A stretch of 64,000 bases of DNA. Origin: an uncultured Bdellovibrio sp. (GTDB taxonomy: Bacteria > Bdellovibrionota > Bdellovibrionia > Bdellovibrionales > Bdellovibrionaceae). The stretch is taken from contig CAWVRN010000013.1 of assembly GCA_963932905.1 (NCBI GenBank), positions 32,001 to 96,000 on the forward strand. The letters run 5' to 3'. Each line of letters starts with the position of its first letter. The first letter of the stretch is position 1. Positions 40,201-48,782 of this stretch are shown piece by piece. A model generated the notes under the pieces. The model searched no databases. It saw only the letters and a program-made list of their open reading frames with translations, and was not told the origin of the DNA. The position numbers and the translations under genes were made by a program.

Positions 40201-41241
40201 CTAGTTACTTTTAATCCTTAGTTTGGTTTCTATTTTGTCTAATCGTTTTTCTAACTTCCTATTTTCCTTTGACATATTTTTATAAGACTCATGAAGAATA
40301 GGTACAAATCCCGAATAATTGACCGTCTTTTTACCATCAGTTTTTCGAGCAGAAACAAGCTGAGGCAGAACTTTTTCAACATCCTGAGCAATGAAGCCAT
40401 AGTCTCGCCGTCCATCTTGTTTCCATGAAAACTCTTTCCCTTCAATTAAAGAAAAAACTTCATCGAAATTTACTAAAAGAGGTTTGATGTCCGATTTAAA
40501 ACGCCTATCCGACAAAGTGTAAACTCCACCATAGGATCGTATCGATCCAGACTGTGCTGGATTTCCACCACCACCAGCCCAAGCAACCACGTTCATATTT
40601 CCTTCTATTGTCAAACTACCCTGCTTGGCTGTGCTATCATAACGATCACGCTGCACATAAGCGTTCGGATCATATCCAAAACCTGCCGATGTCCCCGCAG
40701 TACAACGATGGTAAGTATTCTGATCTAGAGCATTGTAATCTGGTACCAAGCGCTGACCTACTGCCGTCGGCACCGTAGTTCTAATTGTAATCACTCGATC
40801 CATGTTTCGAGTCGTCCCGCCTGTTCCGATTGGCACGCGATAGCGAATATTTAAGTCAAAACTACCGGTGTAGGGCAATGGCGCACCCGCGGCCGGATTC
40901 TGCAGAAAATTAGTCGCACGCATCCGAGTAATCGAAATGTTTTGATAGTAAGGCCCACCAGCAGTCGCATACAGTACCGTGTTAAATGAGTTTCTTATGC
41001 TCGCAATATTTGTAAACAGTGCCGCACGATTAATCCCGGTAAAGGTATTGTAGCATCCATTAGGGTTGGTTAGGGCCAACAATATGTGAGCATGAAGTTC
41101 TTCAACATTTAAAGTTAACCGAGTTTCCAAGAAATGCTTCTGAGTCGCCATTAGTAATGCTGAAATTAGCAAAGTCACTAAGGCAAGCCCACCGACATAT
41201 ACAACAAACTCTATCAAGGTAAACCCACGCCTATTCATCAC
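40201..41241 (-). CDS. Type IV prepilin-like protein fused to a Peptidase S74-like chaperone
   Basis: RRG|FTLIEFVV; SDRRFKSDIKPL...FSWK...GFIAQDVEKVLPQLV...VNYSG plus coiled coil. Confidence 0.85.
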   Translation of the reverse strand: MMNRRGFTLIEFVVYVGGLALVTLLISALLMATQKHFLETRLTLNVEELHAHILLALTNPNGCYNTFTGINRAALFTNIASIRNSFNTVLYATAGGPYYQNISITRMRATNFLQNPAAGAPLPYTGSFDLNIRYRVPIGTGGTTRNMDRVITIRTTVPTAVGQRLVPDYNALDQNTYHRCTAGTSAGFGYDPNAYVQRDRYDSTAKQGSLTIEGNMNVVAWAGGGGNPAQSGSIRSYGGVYTLSDRRFKSDIKPLLVNFDEVFSLIEGKEFSWKQDGRRDYGFIAQDVEKVLPQLVSARKTDGKKTVNYSGFVPILHESYKNMSKENRKLEKRLDKIETKLRIKSN

Positions 41242-42352
41242 GTCCTCCGCTGGTCTTACCAGTGACAGGACCCAGTTTTCGGTCAGCTAAAGATTCGAGC
41301 TGCTGAATTTTTCTTTCTAACTTAATATTTTGCTGATCGATTGATTTAGTGGCCTCAAGTAAGATTGGCAATAGGGCCTGATAATCAACACGTTTAATTC
41401 CGGTGCCTTCATCAGACGAAACCACTTCTGGAAAAATAGATTCAACTTCCTGGGCGACAAAACCAATGTCTTTACGCTGTCCCTCTTTCCATTGAAATGA
41501 GTAGCCATTCAACGTCATTAGGTCTTTTGGTTTAATCACTAAAGGCTGCATATTTTGCTTAAGTTTTTTATCGGATATTGTAAAAACCCCACCCTGGACG
41601 CCTAAATCACCACCGACACTTAGGTTTCCTCCGGTCATTCTAAATACAAATCCTTGAGGTTCGTCAGCAGTGTTTCCCCTTGCATCTGTAGTCATTTTAG
41701 ATTTGGTGTCAATTCCTGTCTTAGAAAGATAATTGGCAGGATTAAAGCCAAACGAGGTGCCGTTTTCGGGAGCAGCATGACATCGCTCGGGCTGCTTCAC
41801 AACTGCGCTTCCTGCGGCCCAGGTGTTGGCCGGATTCGTTTCCGTTCGAACAATAAATCGACGAACTTTACTTATTGTCGAAGACGGCGAAACACGAACA
41901 AGATAATTTACTGTGACCCGAAAAAATCCTGTGAAAGGAGCCGGAACACCACCGCCAGCAGTAAATGTATCCGCAGTCATCGACGTAATCTGAATACTTC
42001 TATTGTAGAATGTATTAAGCACATAAACAGGGACTGGTACCGCAGGAGCTTGTGCGCCACTCATAATTTGATTAAAAGCAACCTGTCCTGGAGCAATAAC
42101 CATCCCGCTAAACGTATTGAAACAAGCATGCCTGTTCGACAAAGTAAAAACAATTTGAGCATGTAAATCGTCCACAAGAATATTACCACGAGTCTCGAAA
42201 AAAAAAGCTCGCGTAGATAAAATCGAATTGTTAATCGCTACGGAAACCACACCAAGAATTACCAAAGTAATCAAAATTTGAATAATGGAAAAACCCTTTG
42301 AATTGGATCTTTCAATAACTTTAAGAAGAATAAATTTAGACTTTTGTTTCAT
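41231..42352 (-). CDS. Type IV prepilin-like protein (Gln at +5) fused to a Peptidase S74-like chaperone
   Basis: SKG|FSIIQILITL; SDKKLKQNMQPL...FQWK...GFVAQEVESIFPEVV...VDYQAL plus coiled coil. Confidence 0.85.
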   Translation of the reverse strand: MKQKSKFILLKVIERSNSKGFSIIQILITLVILGVVSVAINNSILSTRAFFFETRGNILVDDLHAQIVFTLSNRHACFNTFSGMVIAPGQVAFNQIMSGAQAPAVPVPVYVLNTFYNRSIQITSMTADTFTAGGGVPAPFTGFFRVTVNYLVRVSPSSTISKVRRFIVRTETNPANTWAAGSAVVKQPERCHAAPENGTSFGFNPANYLSKTGIDTKSKMTTDARGNTADEPQGFVFRMTGGNLSVGGDLGVQGGVFTISDKKLKQNMQPLVIKPKDLMTLNGYSFQWKEGQRKDIGFVAQEVESIFPEVVSSDEGTGIKRVDYQALLPILLEATKSIDQQNIKLERKIQQLESLADRKLGPVTGKTSGGRDE

Positions 42353-42403
42353 TTGGAAATTAATTTTATTGTGCCCCTTTAAAGAGTATTATACAATACA
42401 ACT

Positions 42404-42751
42404 ATGGAAAGAAGATTTTTTTTTAAATTCCTATCCGGCCTTACGATGTTTTCTGGTCTAGCAAGTTTGAAACAAGATTCATCTCATATTGACCCGTCTC
42501 CAAACGAGAAAAGACACCAAGTTTTTTTAAAGCCAGGGTCGAAGTATTACCTACCTGAAAATCCCAACCACATGGACTTCATAGTTTTTAGACTAACTGA
42601 TAGTTTTCAAACTAACCCGACTCAAGTCCATGCACATAAGCATAAACTTATCGGCCAGAACGAACCCTTGTTAGTAGACTACGATACAGATTTTGGTCTT
42701 AGGTTTTTAGGCGACCAAACTGGATGGGTACTTGTTCGACTTGAGTCTTGA
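42404..42751 (+). CDS. Small protein with a twin-arginine-like signal and a phage baseplate/tail-connector-like domain
   Basis: MERRFFFK followed by a hydrophobic stretch; LPENP...D...F.TNP..V....LIG...L.F.....GW pattern. Confidence 0.5.
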   Translation: MERRFFFKFLSGLTMFSGLASLKQDSSHIDPSPNEKRHQVFLKPGSKYYLPENPNHMDFIVFRLTDSFQTNPTQVHAHKHKLIGQNEPLLVDYDTDFGLRFLGDQTGWVLVRLES

Positions 42752-42757
42752 TACCCC

Positions 42758-43879
42758 ATGAGTTCTTTCCTAAAAAGAAAATTTATTTTTCTTCTATTTT
42801 TTTTGATTTCGGTAGTTTTCGTCTTTTACTCAATAAAATTTAAAAAAAGCACTTCGGTTTCATCTCGACTGAATAGAACAGTTGTGGTGTCATACAACGA
42901 TTTAAACGAATCGTTACTCAACTCTAAATTGATTCAGATTATATCTTTAGGCGTGAAGGAAATTTACGTTCGGATTGAAAGCCAAATTCACATTACCTGC
43001 AGTTTTAAGGTCGAGGATCCGTGCCGCGTTGACAAATCACAAGTAAATTCTGTTGCTGCCTGGCAGAGTTTTTTAAAAGCGCTCGGTGAAAAAGGAATCA
43101 CCGCAAACTTAGTCTATGATCTGAATATCAATAATTTTTCATATAAGATGCACTCCTACAAGTCTGAAAGGGGCCGAATTGAAGGTCCAAGTAGCGTCGG
43201 CAATCTTAAAAGTAGATTCATTTTTCAAAATACTAAATTTATCGAAATTATTAAAAGTGATTTTAATATAATTTCGGGGCTAACAGATTTCAAAAGGGTT
43301 TTTTTTGGATCAGATCTGGATTTGTTTTTTTCTCAATTGCCAGATATCACTATAATCCAAAGCGAAGTGCAGGGATTCTGGAAGCTCATTAAGCAATTAA
43401 AAGAGATAAATCCAAACAAGTCATTATCTTCGTGTTTTAACTACGAACACTTGAAGGGTTCACTTTTCTGGGGCGCTATGGACAAAACTCAAATGCGCAA
43501 GCAAGACGAATTTTGTTTTTCCTCGTTTCCAACTCAAATTAAATGGGCTAAAAAATTTGGTATTGAAAAACAATTTGTTCTTCTTGATTCCCCAAAGGAC
43601 GATTTCACCTCCGACTACTATGACAGTCTAGTAACAATTGGCCTAACAGAAAAACCTATTCATATTGTCGGATTTGCCTACCCTTTGCTACCAGAAGAAA
43701 AGGACTTGCAGGCAAAAGTCTTGAATACAGTTTTGTATGCGCTTCCACGATATATAGCTTCAGTAGCCTGGGAAAACCGGCTTTCCCTTAACGATCAAAA
43801 AAATCTAGCCGAGTCTATGAGTATTTGGCATGAACAGGATTTTAATTTGAATAGTTCTGGTAGTATGTTTTTCGAATGA
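42758..43879 (+). CDS. Membrane-anchored hypothetical protein, possibly a degenerate glycoside-hydrolase-like barrel
   Basis: N-terminal TM helix; FFGSD, FSSFP and GFAYP strand motifs. Confidence 0.4.
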   Translation: MSSFLKRKFIFLLFFLISVVFVFYSIKFKKSTSVSSRLNRTVVVSYNDLNESLLNSKLIQIISLGVKEIYVRIESQIHITCSFKVEDPCRVDKSQVNSVAAWQSFLKALGEKGITANLVYDLNINNFSYKMHSYKSERGRIEGPSSVGNLKSRFIFQNTKFIEIIKSDFNIISGLTDFKRVFFGSDLDLFFSQLPDITIIQSEVQGFWKLIKQLKEINPNKSLSSCFNYEHLKGSLFWGAMDKTQMRKQDEFCFSSFPTQIKWAKKFGIEKQFVLLDSPKDDFTSDYYDSLVTIGLTEKPIHIVGFAYPLLPEEKDLQAKVLNTVLYALPRYIASVAWENRLSLNDQKNLAESMSIWHEQDFNLNSSGSMFFE

Positions 43880-43890
43880 GATCGAAATAA

Positions 43891-44733
43891 TTATTCACAT
43901 CGCTGGAAAAAATCGGTCGAGTCGGTTTTGTCTAACACCACGATCTTTGATTCAAATGCCAAATTTTTACGTGAAACATGGACCATAAAACTTAGGTAGG
44001 TGAACGGCTCTACCAATTTTTTTTTCATCGGAAACTCACGGCTTCGCCTACTAAGCCATTCATGATTAAGTTGGATTCGCTCAGTTTCGTCCGAATATGA
44101 AATCTGCTTTAAAGAATTTCGCCAAGAAAACACAAACTCAACTTCAAAACCTTCTTGCAAGACAGATTTTATTTTTTCCTGATTTACGTAGGCCACAACA
44201 GCGTTCGTTTTTTTATTCACCTTAAGATCCAGATCCCCAAATAGATATTTACCAGCATTCGTGTGGAAGTCATTGCGAACAGAAATATTTTTTTCTTGAA
44301 ACACCGATACTGAATTTTCTTGTCTAGATATCTGTATTGAAATGTCCCAAATTTTAAGAGGAAACAGTGCCCCTAAATCAAAAACAAAAAAACCAAGCCT
44401 GCATTTTTTTAACATCGCTACGCAATTTGGCATTTCATATTCATGGTGCCCATTAGGTCCAAACAACTTGGGATAATAGAAAGTCTTTCCATTATAAATA
44501 ATTCTCTGGTTAAACTGACTATACTTTTCGGCGAAATTTATTTCTAGATTTTTGGTTAATTCAGGTGTTGGCAAGTCGGTTTCCAACCTTAATGCATTTG
44601 GATAATACACTTGAACATCACCACATTGATTCTTTCGAATAAAAACGTCGTGTTGAAAAAAAAAGTCGAGTTTGCTTTCGGCGAACAAGTTTACTGACAA
44701 CAAAAGTAGCCAAAAAACTAAATTGAAATTCAT
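43891..44733 (-). CDS. Secreted hypothetical protein (island paralog family B)
   Basis: Signal peptide; near-colinear with 28857-29726. Confidence 0.7.
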   Translation of the reverse strand: MNFNLVFWLLLLSVNLFAESKLDFFFQHDVFIRKNQCGDVQVYYPNALRLETDLPTPELTKNLEINFAEKYSQFNQRIIYNGKTFYYPKLFGPNGHHEYEMPNCVAMLKKCRLGFFVFDLGALFPLKIWDISIQISRQENSVSVFQEKNISVRNDFHTNAGKYLFGDLDLKVNKKTNAVVAYVNQEKIKSVLQEGFEVEFVFSWRNSLKQISYSDETERIQLNHEWLSRRSREFPMKKKLVEPFTYLSFMVHVSRKNLAFESKIVVLDKTDSTDFFQRCE

Positions 44734-45683
44734 TTAGATTCTCGCCGTAAAGAGTGTATAGGAATTAACGCGAATAAAAATACTAACCAGAAAAATGTGA
44801 CAAAGTAGGTCGATTTCGAGAAATAACCAAGATTTAAATTCCAAGTCATATTTACATAATCATGTTCAAAAATTTCGATATATGTTCCATCTACCAATTT
44901 TTTAACTATATATATGCCTCTTAGATTATTCGTTTCTAAAATGGAGATTTCGATCTTCTTCTCTAAATATTTCGACATGTCGGCAAGAATTTTACTTCCC
45001 TCGTCTTTTAAATCAAAATATGGATCAGTTAACAATTCAGGACCAGTTTGACTGACGACACGGCATCGGGCATTGATGTGAATACAAAACTCACGCAAAC
45101 CCGTTTTACTGTAAATCTCAACACCGTTTAGAAATTTTTCTCTCTCTTTCAAAGTCGATGACATAATTCCCGAAGGAAACGAACTATGATTTAAATAAAT
45201 CGCAGAACCGACAACCCCAATAAATACAATTCTCAGCGACCTTAGAACCCGTTTCGGTTTAAAAAACAGAAAAAACCCTAAATTTAGAACGAGGCCAGGA
45301 ACCATTAAAACAATTTTGCTGTACTGAGGATTCAATCCAAATTTTTCGGCCCCGATTAAGGCATAGAACCCTGAGGAAATAAAATACGGGTGAACAATGT
45401 CGTCGAAAAACATAACTTTCTGAAGAAAGTATCCACCCAAAAATGAAATCCAAAGTGATCGATAGTCACTTATTTTAGAAATCAAAGTCAGATATGAAAA
45501 TAGTATTGTACCTTGAAATAATGCCTGCTGTAAAACAACCCAGTCTTCGGCTACTTGTTCAACGGGATATGAAAGTAACGAGCCTGCAATCAGAGAATAC
45601 CCGACCAATACAATTGCAAAAATGAATATATCTAAAAAAAATATCTTTTCTTTGATTACACGGCACAACCTACTCATAGCCAA
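44730..45683 (-). CDS. Polytopic membrane hypothetical protein
   Basis: Several hydrophobic helices; ATGA overlap with the downstream gene. Confidence 0.6.
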   Translation of the reverse strand: MAMSRLCRVIKEKIFFLDIFIFAIVLVGYSLIAGSLLSYPVEQVAEDWVVLQQALFQGTILFSYLTLISKISDYRSLWISFLGGYFLQKVMFFDDIVHPYFISSGFYALIGAEKFGLNPQYSKIVLMVPGLVLNLGFFLFFKPKRVLRSLRIVFIGVVGSAIYLNHSSFPSGIMSSTLKEREKFLNGVEIYSKTGLREFCIHINARCRVVSQTGPELLTDPYFDLKDEGSKILADMSKYLEKKIEISILETNNLRGIYIVKKLVDGTYIEIFEHDYVNMTWNLNLGYFSKSTYFVTFFWLVFLFALIPIHSLRRESK

Positions 45684-45920
45684 TTATTGCGCCTTTATAC
45701 CATATTGTAAACAAACCACTTTCAAAGTATCGAATAGTATTTTTAGGTTACGTAAAAAATTTCTGGGCCAATTGAACCATTTTTTTGGCGATCAAATGAC
45801 TCCGGTTATCAGCTTTTAAACTAAAACAGACTACTTATGGGAAAAGTGTAGTTTTTAAAGTAAAAATAGTTTCTGATATAAACTAAAGTAATTCTATATT
45901 TTAATGAAGGATAAAGACTA

Positions 45921-46853
45921 GTGGATAAAAAGAAAACTTTGTATTTTCTTTGTTTGGCTGTATCACTGGTATTTTACCTCGTATTTGGTTATATTAAAAA
46001 TTTTGACGAAGCCCATAGTTCTTTAACTGATGACGACGATATCGATAGAAAATCTTATTTGGTTTGGTCCCGAAGTATTTACGAAGAATCGACTACCTGT
46101 GGATATAGCAAGACTCAACATGATTACCTGAGTTTTAAATTTGTGAATATACCAATCGACGTAGTAAAAGAAATGGAAACTTTCGAAATAACTGCCGACT
46201 ATGTTGTCCAAACGTCAGGAAGGTTTTTTAACATTTTGGCTTCTATTGCATTAACCGAATTCAGTCCGAATTCAGTCAACGGAGCAAAATATAGTTATTC
46301 AAATACGTTTGGCGGCGGCTCATATAGCGGAAGCTCAACAACTAATCTTAAGCTATTTTGTACGAAATCGGTCTGTAACTTTACCCTAATTCTTCATCAC
46401 GATCAGTTCGGCTTTCCACCTATAAAAGAAAATGCAAAATACAGGGTGCAGTTTTACAATCAAAAAAAGAAAATATATAGCGTCGAAATGCCTGATATAC
46501 CTCGTATTATGGCCAATAAAGCCGAACTTTACCCCGATATAACCGCAAAAATAGGTGAAGGAAAAATATACGTCGAATCTTTTATTCCTGTCCCGAACGT
46601 ATCAGGAGCCGCCAGAATTACTTGGCAGGAAAATAATAAACAAAGTGAAGAAGTATTTTTATTCGACAGCAGTACAAAAGATATGAATTTTGAAAACAGT
46701 GTTAGTTTTTCGAAAGAGCTGCAGTATGCAGCCGGACTAATCCATATTCAGTTGCCAAACAATAACTCTTTTGAAAAAAAATTAGTAATAAAGAAAACCA
46801 CTCCCGACGGAGCAAATTGTGACCAGCTTCCCTTAACTCGAGCCAGAAAGTAA
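45921..46853 (+). CDS. Membrane-anchored hypothetical protein (possibly family B, distant)
   Basis: N-terminal TM helix; TTCG, central C-x4-C and a Cys near the C-terminus. Confidence 0.55.
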   Translation: MDKKKTLYFLCLAVSLVFYLVFGYIKNFDEAHSSLTDDDDIDRKSYLVWSRSIYEESTTCGYSKTQHDYLSFKFVNIPIDVVKEMETFEITADYVVQTSGRFFNILASIALTEFSPNSVNGAKYSYSNTFGGGSYSGSSTTNLKLFCTKSVCNFTLILHHDQFGFPPIKENAKYRVQFYNQKKKIYSVEMPDIPRIMANKAELYPDITAKIGEGKIYVESFIPVPNVSGAARITWQENNKQSEEVFLFDSSTKDMNFENSVSFSKELQYAAGLIHIQLPNNNSFEKKLVIKKTTPDGANCDQLPLTRARK

Positions 46854-47029
46854 CATAGTCTGGTCAACGAAAGGGGACAGGTCACAGGCAATTAGCCCTA
46901 CTTAACCCAAGAACAATAGATTAGTTATAAAAATACCAAATTGATACACCCTGGTTTCTCATTATAAGGCAGTTTCAAATTTACTTTTATTTGTCTCGCG
47001 GAAGCCGATACAATTTATGTGAGGGATCA

Positions 47030-47473
47030 ATGAAATTACTATTATTTTTTTCTCTAAGCCTTTTCTTAATCTCCTGCCAAACCAATATGGCTAAGCAATT
47101 CGAGCGTATTAATATCGGTGCCGATAAAGATTCCGTTCTTGATCGTTTAGGCAATCCTCGTGGTATTACGCGTATGAACGGTGAAGATCGTTGGTACTAT
47201 TTGTATTACCAAGATGAAATTCGCCAACAAAAAGAAATTCATTTCAAAGATGGCCTGGTGATTTATGTTGGGGATAAAAAGAAACCAACACCGGAGATCG
47301 ACCCCGTGGCCATCGATACCAAAAACGCCGAAGTAAATAAAAATTTTGAAGAGGAAGCCGAACGTAAACAGCAAGACTCAAAAAATGCGTATACGAACTA
47401 TATCAAATACCAAAAGAAAATCAAAAAAGAAGACGAAGTACAGTATCTTCCAGAATTTGAACCCGTCGAATAG
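47030..47473 (+). CDS. bamE: Outer membrane protein assembly factor BamE/SmpA-like lipoprotein
   Basis: Lipobox LISC; IGADKDSVLDRLGNP...WYY...IHF motif. Confidence 0.65.
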   Translation: MKLLLFFSLSLFLISCQTNMAKQFERINIGADKDSVLDRLGNPRGITRMNGEDRWYYLYYQDEIRQQKEIHFKDGLVIYVGDKKKPTPEIDPVAIDTKNAEVNKNFEEEAERKQQDSKNAYTNYIKYQKKIKKEDEVQYLPEFEPVE

Positions 47474-47480
47474 CGATAGA

Positions 47481-48071
47481 TTATTTCTTTAAAATTTTAG
47501 GTTGAGCCAAGTTATTGTTATCAATGCTTGGCTTTTTTTCTACGTCGGCCACCGGTTTCTTTTCTTCTTTTACACCGTAGTGAGTTTTCACTTTGGCCAC
47601 TGTCTTCTTCACTTGGCCTTCGATCGTTTGCGCATCCTCGTAGTCATCAATACTTTTGATTTCTATTTTCTCATACTTACGTTTCTCTGTAATACCCACA
47701 TCAGGGTAACGATATCTCAAAAGCTGCGCACTTTGATTGTAGTCCTCTAACAACTTCGTAAGTTCTTTGTGTTCTCGCAATAATTCGCCCACCAAGGCTT
47801 CCGCTTCGGCTTTGTTTTTGGCGCTGTTTTTATGATGAATGATTTCTTTAATAGTTTCTTCTTTAGATTTAATCTTAGTTTTTAGAGCACTTAATGAAGT
47901 GACTACCTCCATCCACTCTTTTGTGCGTTCCTGCTGCTGCTTTTCTTCAAACGGAATTTTTTCCGCCGTTGCCGCTGGCGCACCACTGTGTTCGCCGCCA
48001 CCTTCATTAGCATCAGCAACGGCAGCTACTAAACAAAAACATAAAACTACGACACTACTGAGTCGAAACAT
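47481..48071 (-). CDS. Secreted coiled-coil hypothetical protein
   Basis: Signal peptide and Lys/Glu-rich helices. Confidence 0.65.
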   Translation of the reverse strand: MFRLSSVVVLCFCLVAAVADANEGGGEHSGAPAATAEKIPFEEKQQQERTKEWMEVVTSLSALKTKIKSKEETIKEIIHHKNSAKNKAEAEALVGELLREHKELTKLLEDYNQSAQLLRYRYPDVGITEKRKYEKIEIKSIDDYEDAQTIEGQVKKTVAKVKTHYGVKEEKKPVADVEKKPSIDNNNLAQPKILKK

Positions 48072-48774
48072 GATGCCTCCAGCTTAGAACTAAACCCAAT
48101 GCTGTAATCCGCTTTACCAGGACAATAATTTTAGGAGCCGACACATTGGAAATCGTCAGCTTCCCGTCTTTCATATTCTGCGTAAGATCTTCGATGTTCC
48201 AACCAAAACGCTTATCTTCAAGCGCCTCTATCAAATCCCGTTTTGTTTCACCCAGATCAATTCCCGAAATTTCGATATCAAATGATAACAAACCTGTTTC
48301 AGAAACATCGTTTCCAAAGTTTTGCACATCATCAGCAAAGTTTTTAAATGCATTGGTCGTGGGTCGCGGGATCTGTTCAGCCAAAGGTTCTTCTGGCAAA
48401 GAATTCATTTCCGGCATCGCATTCATTTCCGGTTGCTGCTCCTGATTGCCTTGAATATTAAACAGGTCATTCGACTGCGGTTGATCCTGCTGCTGTTGAG
48501 CATACGGATCGTTTTCAGGCGAACCATAATCCAAAGACATTCCCCCCTCTACAGGCGGCAACATCTGATTGGCGATTGGTTCTTCTGGTTGAATTACTGG
48601 TTCTTCATTGGTTGGCTCGGCAGTTAAATCCGAAGCCAGTGGTTCTTTAGAGTTTTCGGGAACACCGTCAAAGCCGATGAAAAATTCGGCTTTGCAGTGT
48701 TCGCAACGAAATAACGTTCCGAAGTTATCATCGGTGATAGCAATTGGTTTAGAACAATTCGGACATTGAGCCAT
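48055..48774 (-). CDS. Zinc-ribbon domain protein with an acidic/Pro-rich linker
   Basis: CPNC...CEHC at the N-terminus. Confidence 0.7.
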   Translation of the reverse strand: MAQCPNCSKPIAITDDNFGTLFRCEHCKAEFFIGFDGVPENSKEPLASDLTAEPTNEEPVIQPEEPIANQMLPPVEGGMSLDYGSPENDPYAQQQQDQPQSNDLFNIQGNQEQQPEMNAMPEMNSLPEEPLAEQIPRPTTNAFKNFADDVQNFGNDVSETGLLSFDIEISGIDLGETKRDLIEALEDKRFGWNIEDLTQNMKDGKLTISNVSAPKIIVLVKRITALGLVLSWRHHVSTQ

Positions 48775-48782
48775 TAGCTCAA

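Larger units (their letters stand above)
20694..46853. other. Accessory island: radical SAM / 2OG oxygenase / pilin-fibre cluster
   Basis: Visibly AT-richer, rich in hypothetical genes and bounded by housekeeping genes; boundaries approximate. Confidence 0.7.

Noticed and set aside
42198..42207. A10 tract in the first pilin gene as a phase-variation switch
   Set aside because: The frame is intact and similar A/T runs are common throughout this AT-rich region
20694..46853. Intact prophage or tailocin
   Set aside because: No capsid, terminase, portal, sheath/tube, lysis or integrase genes recognised; the fibre-chaperone domains are fused to bacterial prepilin signals
46854..46920. c-di-GMP riboswitch-like cgaaaggggac segment
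   Set aside because: The remaining consensus elements and pairing could not be found
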